From: Eledone cirrhosa
Lineage: Eukaryota
DNA: 64,000 nucleotides
NCBI GenBank assembly: GCA_964016885.1
Contig: OZ024741.1
Coordinates: forward strand, 22,816,001 to 22,880,000
Direction of reading: 5' to 3'
A model generated the notes under the pieces. It was not told where the DNA came from, ran no database searches, and worked only from the letters and a program-made list of their open reading frames with translations. A program made the translations under genes and the position numbers. How positions within the stretch are numbered: position 1 is the first letter of the stretch; each line of letters opens with the position of its first letter. Shown piece by piece: positions 41,292-53,894 of the stretch.

Positions 41292-42286
41292 TAGCATTAA
41301 AGCCCGGCGTTGCTTGGGGTCATTAAGTTACCAAAGTTAGGTTGCACCACCCATTTTATGGCAGCACTTTTTTGTCTGCCAGGCACTGGGTGAATGAATT
41401 GCAGACCTGGAAGCATGAGCTGCGCCAGCAGTGACAATTGTAGTTTCGCCTATGGATATTATCTCTGTGCAAAAAAGTGTTGAAATTTATTGTTTCACAG
41501 TACTTGCGCAACACGCGAGTAGACGATGCCAGCCGAACAACAGAGCTGCGATGGAGTTGTTCTGCATGGTTGTCTGTGTGTTTTCTAAATTTAAGACAGT
41601 AGGGAGGGTTGTGATATGAGGGAGAGTTAGCTGTTGTTTCTAGCAGGTTTAGTGACCTCATAGAGGATATGTGTTTTCTAAATTTAAGACAGTAGGGAAT
41701 GGTGTGATATGGGGGTGAGTTAGCTGCTGTTTCTAGCAGGTTTAGTGACCTCATAGAAGATATGTTTTCTAAATTTAAGACAGTAGGGAGGGGTGTGATA
41801 TGGGGGAGAGTTAGCTGCTGTTTCTAGCAGGTTTAGTAACCTCATAGAGGATGTGTTTTCTAAATTTAAGACAGTAGGGAGTGGTGTGGGGAGGGGTGTG
41901 ATATGGGGGAGAGTTAGCTGCTGTTTCTAGCAGGTTTAGTAACCTCATAGAGGATATGTTTTCTAAATTTAAGACAGTAGGGAGTGGTGTGAACGGACAG
42001 TATCACCATCAAGCTTGGAAAGAGAAAGTAGCAGAAAGTATGAAGTTGTATAGATTTTGAATGGTAGTAGAAAGAGTTCAGCAGTTTAAATGAGAGAAAA
42101 ATCGTAAAATATTGAGTTTTATCTATTTTTTGCGTAATTGTGGGTGAAATTGAAAAAATTATCTGCGTCAAGACGCAATCGAAACTATTTCGAATACTGA
42201 ATTGTAAATTTCAATTGAAGAAATTCTATATCGTAGATTTCTATAACGAAGGAGCATGACCACACACTGAGCTTTATAGATTATGA
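41291..42286 (-). mobile_element. Non-autonomous Helitron (~1 kb) with an internal 91-103-bp tandem repeat (41581-41990)
   Basis: Minus strand starts TC (TCATAATCTATAAAG), ends with imperfect hairpin CCCCAAGCAACGCCGGG then CTAG; sits between A and T in a (TA)n tract. Confidence 0.8.
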
Positions 42287-42604
42287 TATATATATATAGT
42301 TGTTGACTAATATCATATCGGTATAATAAACGAAAAAATATAACTGTAAAATGAGGAGGTATGGTGTTAATATTTCAAAGAAGGAAAGACAAGATTGCCG
42401 AGGACCCACCATCAGAGAGTTAAACTATATTTATTACAGCTTTATTTTATATACTGAGGGCCCACCATCGGAGAGTGGAACAATATATAGAATTTTAAAT
42501 CCTATATTGAGGGCCCACCATCGCAGGGTTAAACTCTATTATAGTGTTATATCTTATATTGAGGGCCCACCATCGCTGAGTTAAACTATATTTATTACAG
42601 TAGT

Positions 42605-42950
42605 ATTCATAGTTGTATAAATAACATCAGACATTGTTCACAATTCTTTGGAAGTAATACAATATTTCATTCACAGTTGTATAGATAACATTACAAATTG
42701 TTCGCAATTCTTACAGAATGAAAATAAGGAAAAAAAACGGAAAGAAAAACAACTATTAAGTGTGACAATCGGTCACATATCACACCACAAGGGTCAACAG
42801 AAATTTTTGAGGCAAGCCAACAATCTCGCAGTACTTTTTTTTTTCTTCGCTCGCTTTGATAATATATTTTTGTGCATAATATTTGTAAGGTTCCTAGCAA
42901 TAATTAACTGTTTTTATTGTGTGTTTATATTTTCATTCTGTAAGAATTAC
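42605..42950. mobile_element. AT-rich foldback-like element (family with long inverted arms)
   Basis: Spacer near-identical to 56185-56290; arm motif gttcctagcaa..aattgtattt..ttttcattctgtaagaatta. Confidence 0.6.
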
Positions 42951-43220
42951 TGAGGGTGATGGCGAGGCTAAGGCGCTGAAACAACTAGGCACCCTCACGG
43001 GCATCGCCTAACACCTTCGCTGTCAGTTCCTCCAAATATCTCAAATGCCACAGGCTGGAAAAAATAGTTGTTTGATAGTTCCCGGTATTTTAAGATTTTA
43101 TTCCGTTCGGCAACGGAAGCAGTGACCCTCACATTTACCGCAACATCCATGATGTGGGAGGGAGCAAAAGAGGCACTGACTGTGGTGTCCCATATAAGAC
43201 ATCTGCCTCTTACCCAGGGA
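42945..43220 (-). mobile_element. CRE-clade retrotransposon endonuclease fragment (internally deleted)
   Basis: Closely similar to 56730-57050; WVRGRCLIWDTTV..KY.EL..FQRLSLAI. Confidence 0.85.
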
Positions 43221-43305
43221 ATTATATCCCATATTGAAGGCCCACCATCAGAGAGTTAAACTATATTTATTATAGTTTTATATCCCATATTGAAGGCCCA
43301 CCATC

Positions 43306-43473
43306 AGATGGTCGGACGCCATGCTTTGACGCATAGAGTTAAGGCCCTTGCCATTCTGAGTTCAAATCCCGCCGAGGTTAACTTTGCCTTTCATCCTTAT
43401 GGGGTCGATAAAATAAAGTACCAGTAATACACTGGATAAATGCTGGCCTTGTGCCAAAAGTAGAAACAATTAT
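43306..43473 (+). mobile_element. tRNA-SINE with Nin/Deu-like domain
   Basis: gagttcaaatcccgccgaggttaactttgcctttcatcc...gtcgataaaataaagtacc. Confidence 0.8.
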
Positions 43474-44050
43474 AGTTTTATACCCTATATTTAAGGGCCA
43501 CCATCAGAGTTAAACTTCATTTATTAGTTATATATTCTATATATATACTCACGTGCTTTGTAAAGCGCTACTTTACAGAGTCAATTATCTAATTAAAATA
43601 CAGTTTTCTTCAGGTATGATGGTGGGGAATGAGGGACAACTATAGGGGTATTGTTTTTCAGATCAATCACGTATAATTGCTAGTTAAAGGGAACAATTGA
43701 CACTATTTTAAGATTTGAAGGAGTGGGATTAAGGGAGGGAAGACATTGAATTCATCAGATAGTGTGAACTACAAATATCACCAGTCACAGGATACAAGTA
43801 CTAACAAGACAACCAAACAATCTACAAATGTCCTTACTAAGTGGACTAATTACTGTCTGGTGTTATTGAATAACTAAATAATTAAAACAAAAAAGAAAAC
43901 GAATTATCTTGTTTTTTCCAAACAGAAAATGTGTTTTAAAAAGCCCTGGACTCACATTAAAATAGGTGATACAATTAAATGATATTTCTTTTTAAGTTAT
44001 TTAATCTCTCTCTCTTTCTTTCTTTTATGTGTTCACCAACATTATATTTA

Positions 44051-44240
44051 TGGTGAATTGGCAGTATCGGTAGAGGGTCGGACACCATGCTTTCCAGCAT
44101 AGTTATATACCCCTATGTTCTGAGTTCAAATCCCGCCGAGGTTAACTTTGCCTTTCATCCTTACAGGGTCGATAAAATAAAGTAATAGTAATGTACTGGT
44201 ATAATTGCTGGCCTTGTGCCAAAAATAGAAACAATTATAT
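44051..44240 (+). mobile_element. tRNA-SINE with Nin/Deu-like domain; reverse copies at 44548-44685, 45720-45900, 57415-57470 and 61487-61855
   Basis: Box A tggcagtatcgg, box B gttcaaatcc, same domain and tail ggccttgtgccaaaa.tagaaacaattata. Confidence 0.82.
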
Positions 44241-46099
44241 TTCTGAACGAATTGTGAGCAATTTATAATGCTTATAATGTTATTTATGTATATATTTAAA
44301 ACATAGTTGTCCTTGATTTTCAAAAAAGAAATGTATACAAATCGCTATAAATAACTATTTTATTCACAGTTGTTGTTTATTACAGATGTTGGTGGTGGTT
44401 TCTTGATATCTTAAGTGAATGAATCGAGGTAGATCTGTTTTGCAGTGAGGTAAATAAATATATACACCAGGTCCGAACACAATGGAACCAAACGCCCACG
44501 TTACAAATTGTTCACAATGCTTTTAGAATGAAAAAATATAAAGACATATAATTGTTTCTACTTTAGACACAAGGCCAGCAATTATCCCAGTGCATTACTG
44601 GTATGGTTTCTGATGAAGGCACAAGGCCAACAATTTAAGGATGAAAGACAAAGCTAACTTCGGCGGGATTTGAACTCAAACCGTAACACACACACATATA
44701 TATATAGAGAGAGAGAGTTGTAAATCCCGACCACGGCGTAAATACAATTAACTGTTGCTAGGAACCTCACAAATAAAACACCAAAATGTACGATCAAAGC
44801 GAGAGAAAGAAAAGAAAAAGAAAAAAAGAGAAACAAAATTAAAATACATTTAAGTTTATTTAATTTTCCTGTCTTTTCTTTCTTTGGTTTATTTAAAGTT
44901 TTATTTTGCCTTTCTCATTAACTCTAAAAATCGAGCAAGAATCGCGAGGAAATGTAATGAATATATATGAAACATTAAACCTGCTTGAGTAAAACCACTT
45001 GAAGGAAGGAAACCTGCTGAAATACTCTACAATAATAACAAACCCTTAAATGTTAGTATGAGGTAGAGTGAAAAGATAATCTATTTTTACTGATACTTAT
45101 GTAACAGGTTTACCATATTGGGAGGAAAGGGATGTTCACTTGTACCCTTTTACCTCCCATTATATCCCGGGGCCGGGGCAGTCAGTTTGAGTGGGGGCCC
45201 TAGGCTGAAAATTTAATCGGGGCTTTTGCCTATTATTTATGGTAGCCAAAAAAAATAATAATAAAATAGGGGCCCATGGTTACAAGCACAATAAATCAGA
45301 CTCCACTAATTCACTGCTGACGAAAGTCTTAGTAATATATTCTGTATTATAAAGTTTAAACCGAATGTCGCACTGGGTGGTGAATCGATGGTCATTTTTT
45401 TGTTTTTGTTTGTTTCCTCCTTTTTTCTTTTCTTTCTCTCTCTGGTAGTATATTTTGGTGTTGTTTTTCTAAGGTTCCTAGCAATAGTTAATTGTATTTA
45501 TATATATATGTTCATATTTTCATTCTAAAAGAATTATGAACAATTTCTAATGTTAATTATGTATATGTTAAATTATTATGGAATAAACACAAGTTATTAA
45601 AAAGAATTTATAAATATATTTTTCCTTTTTTAACAAAAAATTATCCATCCACCACATCAAGATTCTCTTATAGTTCAGAGATCATTAAATTTTGTATTAA
45701 ACACTTGATCTGTTTCTTAATGGTTTCTCATTTAGGCACAAGGCCAACAATGTTTTTTTGGTGGGGGGGGGGGGGGGGGGGATTAAATCGATCCCAGTGT
45801 GTTACTGGTACTTTATTTTATCGACCACATAAGGAAGAAAGGCAAAACTGACCTCAGCAGGATTTGAACTCAGAACGTAAAATGGTGTAACTATATGCCA
45901 CAAAGTATGTTAGTTCTTGGTTCTTAATGTATAAGATTCTTAGCAATAATTGTATTATTTCTGTTCATATTTTCATTCTGTAAGAATTATAAATTCCATT
46001 CCTTTTTCTTTCTTTTTCTCTGTATTATTATGATGACCGTTATGTTGACAAATAAAGTTTATTTGTAATGTTATTTATACAACTGTGAATAATTTTGTT

Positions 46100-46141
<42 letters not shown>

Positions 46142-46250
46142 ATTGTGTGTGTGTATGTTTATGTGTGTATATATATATATTAAACTCATATTTCTTTAAT
46201 GTACTGTGTCGTTTGCTTTGTTGATTTCTGTTTACTTTTTACACACACAT

Positions 46251-46253
<3 letters not shown>

Positions 46254-46333
<80 letters not shown>
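46254..46333. repeat. (TA)n(GA)n compound microsatellite
   Basis: Directly visible. Confidence 0.97.
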
Positions 46334-46337
<4 letters not shown>

Positions 46338-46789
46338 GGTTAAAAGAAAAATGAGGAAACCTAACCATTTATTTCATCACATTTATGTTATAAGACACCT
46401 GATCCCGTCTGTTATTTACAAACAGATTAATTATCCGATAAGCTGTATAACATTTTAAACAATGATCGCTGGACCATTTTAGAAAGATAAATTGATTTGA
46501 TGAAATTATGTTAGGAATGCTAAGAAGAGATAGGGGAGAGCGAATAAGATGGATATAAGTTATACACAGAGATATTATATATATAGGAGGAAATATATAA
46601 ACACAACGAGGGTGGTGTATAAAATACTGTGGAGAAATAAGAGTTATAGTAACGAGCAAAAGTAGTTAGTGAGAAATTTAAAGTAATGTATGATGTGGTA
46701 ATACTACACACAGGTGTGGCTTATTTGTTGTTGTTTTTGCTTAAGCTGAACAACAGGTATGAAAGAGAGAAGAGATATGAAATACCTAC

Positions 46790-46935
46790 CAAAATATAAA
46801 ATGAATTAAACATAACCAAAGTATAGTCCAGCGCGGTTTCTCCCATATCATCAAGCTCTGCATTCTAAGGATCCATCCTTCCCATGGACTGAGAATGGCT
46901 TGAAGTAATCCTTCTCGTTCAATATCAGAATCCAT
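46790..46935 (-). CDS. Exon 1 of a FAM134/RETREG-family reticulophagy receptor: MDSDIEREGLLQAILSPWEGWILRMQSLMIWEKPRWTILWLCLIHFIF(W)
   Basis: L..WE....Q.L..WEKP.......FW pattern typical of the FAM134 reticulon-homology N-terminus; phase-2 donor TG|GTAGGT within the Trp codon; start codon uncertain. Confidence 0.85.
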
Positions 46936-47022
46936 GTCAGGTTCAGAGACAGAACGATGTTTTGACTGAGTGGAGAAGAATGTCAGTGAAGTAAAAGAAG
47001 AGGCTCACCATTTTACCTCCAT

Positions 47023-47032
47023 ATGACGTCAT
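47023..47032. promoter_or_regulatory. Perfect cAMP-response (CREB/ATF) palindrome ATGACGTCAT just upstream of the RETREG-like first exon
   Basis: Exact motif in a locally CpG-containing segment about 90 nt upstream of the ATG; function untested. Confidence 0.45.
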
Positions 47033-48169
47033 TACGTTCGTGTTGTAATCGGCAAACATCGGACATTTCCGTATCTCCGTTATATTAAACATTTCATTCT
47101 TCTCATTTCCTCTATGTAAAACCAAAAACTTACTATGTTGCCTTACCCTCATTAATTATCATGACATTGCTTATAATAAGAGGCTTTAATTAAATATCTT
47201 ATTTGTGTCTTTCACATACAAGATTTTTTTAAATTTTATATCCTTTATAAATATGAAGACTTGTGTTTATTTAAGAAGCCAATATCTTACTATTATCAAA
47301 ATAAACGTACTAATATGTGTATACTTCGTGTTTTGTTTTTCTAAATGAATAAGAACTGTCTGGGTAAGAAAATACACGGAGAAATAGTAGGACTGCTGTG
47401 CCAAACACCTCTAGCAGTATGTAAAGTTTACTTTGTAATTCTCTCATCTCTACTACGAGCAGCTTCGCTGAAGATATTTCATAATACCAAAACATGTCCG
47501 CAGTTGTCGCCCGTATTTGCAAAAATATGTTTACTTACGGAAATATATTTTTTATTCACAGTTGTATAAATAACCTTTCAAATTGTTTACAATTTTTACA
47601 AAATATTAAAAAAATACACAGCATTTATAAATGGAAATATAATTTATGGATCAAAACACGTGACCAGAGCGAAAAAAGGAAAGAGGGGAGGGATAAAAAA
47701 TGACCATCAATTCACCACCAATTGCAAGTCATTCCACATCACAAGGGTCAACAGAATATTTTGTGAATAAAAGCCTATTCAGGGTTAACCAGATTTATTC
47801 AACTTCAACAACAACCACTTTCATGTTAGCTCAGTACATCTGTCTCTTTTTTTTACTTGCCCTTACTATCAGTTAGATAGGAGTCCATTAAACAATGCCA
47901 CACCAGTGTATTAGGACAGTAACTACCACCACAACACCACAGCCATTAACACACATCACAATAGACTGACAAAAGTAATGATATTGTTACATATTCTATA
48001 TTTCAGTGATAATGTAGCAGTAATTTGAACTCTTATGCTGATGTCAGCAAAGTAGGTCAGTGTAACCACGTATGTTGACCTCTGGTCAACATGATGTTCT
48101 CCTTTGTTTTGAATTGTCACCAATTTGTCTGGGGAAAGCATCCCACTAGAGTCATTTACAGTTTAATAA

Positions 48170-48390
48170 CCCTGTAGCATTTAAACCGGCCATATCCGGC
48201 CAGAATTCTCTCACCTTTCTCTGTTCAAACCAGCTGTAACCAGCTAATCATACTGATGTTAAGGTATTGTTATCAAAATAAATAATATCAAAATCTCATA
48301 GATTTGATATTATGTGAAATAATTATGTAAGATAAAGCCTTTACCGGGAAAATACAATAGTAAATATAGAGTAATGTAAATGGTAAAGGG
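48170..48390 (+). mobile_element. piggyBac-type MITE family A
   Basis: ccctgtagcattta...taaatggtaaaggg-TTAA. Confidence 0.85.
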
Positions 48391-48549
48391 TTAACTATAA
48401 CACTTTCTTCAAGCCATTCTCCTCTCATCCTGCAAAAGAGAAACATCACATAGAGTTGCTCCAGCAAGCAGAGGGATGTAGCGCTCAGCCAAAAACCTCC
48501 AGCCCTCTTTACAGAGTTGGAACCTCGATAAAGATTAGTTCAATGCATC

Positions 48550-50146
48550 TTGTCAGACTATTACTGACTTAGGTAAACTAACCACACAACTCGGTTGTCA
48601 GACTATTATTGACTCACCTAAACTAACCACACAATCAACTTGGTTGTCAGACTATTATTGACTCACCTAAACTAATCACACAATCAACTTGGTTGTCAGA
48701 CTATTATTGACTCACCTAAACTAACCACACAATCAACTTGGTTGTCAGACTATTATTGACTCACCTAAACTAACCACACAATCAACTTAGTTGTCAGACT
48801 ATTACTGACTCACCTAAACTAACCACACAATCAACTTGGTTGTCAGACTATTATTGACTCACCTAAACTAACCACACAATCAACTTGGTTGTCAGACTAT
48901 TATTGACTCACCTAAACTAACCACACAATCAACTTGGTTGTCAGACTATTATTGACTCACCTAAACTAACCACACAATCAACTTGGTTGTCAGACTATTA
49001 CTGACTCACCTAAACTAACCACACAATCAACTTGGTTGTCAGACTATTACTGACTCACCTAAACTAACCACACAATCAACTTGGTTGTCAGACTATTACT
49101 GACTCACCTAAACTAATCACACAATCAACTTGGTTGTCAGACTATTATTGACTCACCTAAACTAACCACACAATCAACTTGGTTGTCAGACTATTATTGA
49201 CTCACCTAAACTAATCACACAATCAACTTGGTTGTCAGACTATTATTGACTCACCTAAACTAACCACACAATCAACTTGGTTGTCAGACTATTACTGACT
49301 CACCTAAACTAACCACACAATCAACTTGGTTGTCAGACTATTATTGACTCACCTAAACTAACCACACAATCAACTTGGTTGTCAGACTATTATTGACTCA
49401 CCTAAACTAACCACACAATCAACTTGGTTGTCAGACTATTATTGACTCACCTAAACTAACCACACAATCAACTTGGTTGTCAGACTATTACTGACTCACC
49501 TAAACTAACCACACAATCAACTTGGTTGTCAGACTATTATTGACTCACCTAAACTAACCACACAATCAACTTGGTTGTCAGACTATTATTGACTCACCTA
49601 AACTAACCACACAATCAACTTGGTTGTCAGACTATTACTGACTCACCTAAACTAACCACACAATCAACTTGGTTGTCAGACTATTATTGACTCACCTAAA
49701 CTAACCACACAATCAACTTGGTTGTCAGACTATTATTGACTCACCTAAACTAACCACACAATCAACTTGGTTGTCAGACTATTATTGACTCACCTAAACT
49801 AACCACACAATCAACTTGGTTGTCAGACTATTACTGACTCACCTAAACTAACCACACAACTTGGTTGTCAGACTATTACTGACTCACCTAAACTAACCAC
49901 ACAACTTGGTCGTCAGACTATTACTGACTCACCTAAACTAACCACACAATCAACTTGGTTGTCAGACTATTATTGACTCACCTAAACTAACCACACAATC
50001 AACTTGGTTGTCAGACTATTACTGACTCACCTAAACTAACCACACAACTTGGTTGTCAGACTATTACTGACTCACCTAAACTAACCACACAACTTGGTCG
50101 TCAGACTATTACTGACTCACCTAAACTAACCACACAATCAACTTAG
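48550..50146. repeat. 49-bp minisatellite, ~33 units (TTGGTTGTCAGACTATTA[T/C]TGACTCACCTAAACTAACCACACAATCAAC), with 45-bp variants at the ends
   Basis: Directly visible. Confidence 0.97.
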
Positions 50147-50212
50147 TTCCTAGTTGTTTTCCTCTATTGTCAACAGCTTTGATGAAAGTTATTTCTTAAT
50201 AAAAATTATTAA

Positions 50213-50430
50213 CCCTTTAGCATTTAAACCAGCTGTATCCAGCCAGAATTCTCTCACCTCTTTCTGTTCAAACTGGACATAACTGGCCACTCATACTGAT
50301 GTTAGGTATTGTTCTCAAGCTAAATAATATCAAAATCTCATAGATTCGATATTATGTGAGATAATTATGAAATAACGTATTTACCACGAAAATACACTAA
50401 TAAATATAGAGTAATGTAAATGCTAAAGGG
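50213..50430 (+). mobile_element. Complete piggyBac-type MITE family A (218 bp)
   Basis: Perfect 14-bp TIR CCCTTTAGCATTTA / TAAATGCTAAAGGG with TTAA on both sides. Confidence 0.93.
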
Positions 50431-51099
50431 TTAAAGTAGCAATGTTGTTATTGTTCATCAGAAATTGCTAATGGCAGCTTCACTTTCAACTACTGTCTAT
50501 GGCAACAAATACAGTCACACATCTCGACTCACTGAGACACACACACTCAATTCATTTGCCATAAGACACAAACATTCCCACAGTGCTTATATGGGAGAGA
50601 GAACAATTTACAAAATCACCCATCAAGCCAACAGCATTACTACTACTACACCTGCCATGCCAAAATGGACGCTATAAAACCATAACCAACTTTCTACACA
50701 CTACAACCAAAATATTCCGTTAATACAATAATACTAGATTATATCTAGATTTCTGGAGTATTTACACCTTTTTGTGGTTGGAACATGGATTACCAAACTG
50801 ACAAGGTACTAGACAAGCAGCCAACAAGTCACCAGTTGTCTTGATAGTCTGAGAAGCATTTGTAATGGCTATTTTAAACATTTTAGAAGTGTTTTAAGTC
50901 TTTTAACCATTCACAAAATGTAAACTTACTGCACAAAATTAGATTTAAAACTACACAAGTGAGGGTCAACTACCCAAGCATGGATCAGCTGGCGTCAGCT
51001 ACACAAACAGGACAACTGCACAAGCAGGGGTCAGCTGCACATTAAAATAATCGCTGGTTGTGAAACCTAAAATATGTCACTGTTTCAAGTATTTGTATT

Positions 51100-51280
51100 A
51101 CTTATTGCTAATGTAAGGACCTCAGATCCTACTGTTTTACAAGAAAATATCAACCCTTTATTTATTGCTAATGTAAGGATTGCAGATCCTACTGTTTTTC
51201 AAGAAAATATCGACCCTTTATTTATTGCTAATGTAAGGACCTCAAATTCTACTGTTTTACAAGAAAATATCTACCCTTTC
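51100..51280. repeat. 60-bp triplication
   Basis: ttattgctaatgtaagga...caagaaaatatc.accctt x3. Confidence 0.9.
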
Positions 51281-51299
51281 AAGTTTAGAATAATATGGC

Positions 51300-52846
51300 A
51301 GGAGATAACTAAATACTGGCCTTTGACTGACCTTTCCGTTTTGTGTCAGCAAGCCCTCTGAGGACTCTTTAATAGGTTCAGCTATAAGAACCAGGTCACC
51401 AGTGTCAGAAGTTCCCCTGGGCAGCCAGTAATAAACTCCTCTGTTATAGCCTGGAGAAATATAATATATAGGAGTGGGCTGAAGACTGAGCCCTAATGAA
51501 CACCCACCTGCACATTCAATTTCTCACTAAACTCATTACCTACTCTCACCTAACTGACCACACCTCTGTACATGGCTTGCACTGCTCTCACAAGCTACCC
51601 ATGTACACATATTTTCTTTAGGGACCACCAGATAACAGATCATGGAACTCTGTCATAGACCTTTTCTAGATTAAAGTAAGTTAGATATAGTGGCTTTTAC
51701 TTAGCTAGGAACTTGAAGTTTTCTTACTAAGAAAGCATCTGTGTTGCTTCTCCCTGACACAAAACCCAACTGGATCTCATCTATTTTGACTCTTTTCTGC
51801 TAAAACTCTTTATGTTGCTTTCATAACTGGAAAGAAATGAGGTGAACATGCTCTGATGGATGTGTAATAGTAGTTTGCAAAGCATTAAAAACTGGGCATA
51901 AGAAGGATCAGATGCAGTATACATGAGAGAAGACTGCATTGGTATTGCCATGTGTCGCATATGAAACATTAGAGCTGCATAAAGAAGTGCAGAGTACACA
52001 AAGTTGAAGGAACCCATCGAAAAGGAAGACCGAGGGGACATGGAAGAAAGCAGATATCATACAGGATCAAGTCTGTTGACAATATATTGGACTACAGAAG
52101 ACTTACATACCTACACAAATGGGATGAAATTAACATAGGAAGGATGGCTGTAAAAGGCAGAAACATGTAACAATTTGGTTGCCCTTTCCATCACCCCTTC
52201 CTCAGTCTATTCCCTCATCTAGTCATCCCCCTCACGTATTCGATCTTTCCTTTCACCATCATAGTCTTTCTTTCACCCACCTAGTCTTATCCTCATGTAC
52301 TCCTTTACTGTAATGGCAGATGCTCTCTTCCTCTCTCCCACAATTTGCACTGCCAAATTTTATTCCCAATTCTCCCCTCCTCCCTGCCCAACCATGCTTA
52401 TAACTCCCCTCACTTCCCTTAAGGCCACCGCTCCTTCCATGGGTTAGTAACAAGCAGCCAAAACGCCTACTCTCATCCCACTTTCCTCCCAGCCTGGTAA
52501 AGTATACAAGTTCCCTAGTTTTAAAACTGGTTCCATAATAAAATGCACTCAGCCCACATTGGAATGTGAAAGTACTGGTGTCACGATAAAATGCACCCAG
52601 GCCACACTATAGGGTGATAGTGCTGGTTCCCAGTCAACCATGTCAGGTGGTAGTGGTTGTGCCAAAAGAAAATAAACCCAATACACACTATGAAATAGTT
52701 TACATTTGAAAGGGCATTTAGCCATAGAAATCATGCCAAAATGAAATATATGAGCATGACACAGTTGTCTGACATGCCTGTCTACTCTCAGAGCGTGACA
52801 ATTCGTCTAACCCATGCAAGCATGTAAAATGGTGTTGATTATGATG
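51300..52846. mobile_element. Degraded RTE LINE with 5' inversion (RT on minus 51300-51827; C-terminus and 3' UTR on plus 51827-52846)
   Basis: Minus: IDEIQLGFVSGRS..LEKVYDRVP..VQVGVH*GSVFSPLL..QAITEEF. Plus: LERNEVNML*WMCN..ERRLHWY..GRPRGTW, then the family tail. Confidence 0.8.
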
Positions 52847-53082
52847 CATATATTTTTTTATAAATACATACGTATATATAGGCAATGAGGAATATCTTCA
52901 GACAATAAACAATATCTGTATGTCTATTTATCTATCTACCTATCTGTCATCATCATTATCGTTTAACAGCTGCTTTCCTTGTTAGCAAGAGTTGGACTAT
53001 TTGAATACTTGCTTGTCTGTCTATCTACTTATCTGTCTGCTTGTCTATCTCTTTATCTATCTGTCTACTTACCACCTATCGA

Positions 53083-53134
<52 letters not shown>

Positions 53135-53248
53135 AATGTATCTATCTTTGAATAACAACAACAAAGCACAAATCCCAATAGCATTCCAAAGATAAATAGA
53201 CAGATACGCAACATAATGGACATATGTTTGATAATGGTTACAGAAAGT

Positions 53249-53588
53249 CATCATCATCATCATCATTTTACGTCCACTTTGCCCTGCTTGCAAGGGTGGG
53301 ACGGGAACTGATTCTGGCTTGATTTCTACAGCTGGATGCCCTTCCTAACACCAACCTCATTTACAGTGAGTGATGGGTGCTTTTTTGCTGTGGCACCTCC
53401 ACGACCACTTTGCAGTGGAATGATATGGACCACAGTCCCTATCATCTCATTTCTACAGCTGAGTAAACTGGAGCAATGTGAAATAAAGTGTCTTGCTCAA
53501 GGATACAACACATCACCCGGTCTGAGAATTGAACTCACAACCTTTCGATTGCAAGGCCAATGCTCTAACCACTAAGCCATGTGCCTCC
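53249..53588 (-). mobile_element. tRNA-SINE, same family as 20425-20799
   Basis: Reverse complement of head, centre and (GAT)n tail. Confidence 0.88.
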
Positions 53589-53894
53589 AAGTGTGAAAGA
53601 AAATTATTGTAATTGATTTAAAAGTATGTAAAATGAAATACAGAGATGGTCAAAGTGACAGGAAGAGACATGAAAAGTCAGACATCTTTGCACAGAATAC
53701 TGTAATCAAAGAATTAAATATTTCTTTACCTCCCAAAAAGACAAGATATGTATTTGTACCATCAATAATGATTATATATTTCTGTGTATTATATTTAATC
53801 TTATATATTTGTTATATGATAATAAATAGTTGATATATTACCAACAGAAAACTCTCCAGAGAGTTTCAATTAGTTTGAAAAGTACCCAGTCCTC

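Larger units (their letters stand above)
42395..43530. repeat. ~52-58-bp GAGGGCCCACCATC tandem repeat interrupted by foldback/CRE and SINE insertions
   Basis: Units near 42400, 42456, 42508, 42560, 43235, 43291 and 43492. Confidence 0.75.

Noticed and set aside
24384-45330. Hammerhead ribozyme cores (CTGATGA at ~24386 and ~44610, CTGACGA at ~45318)
   Set aside because: No stem II + GAAA arrangement could be built.
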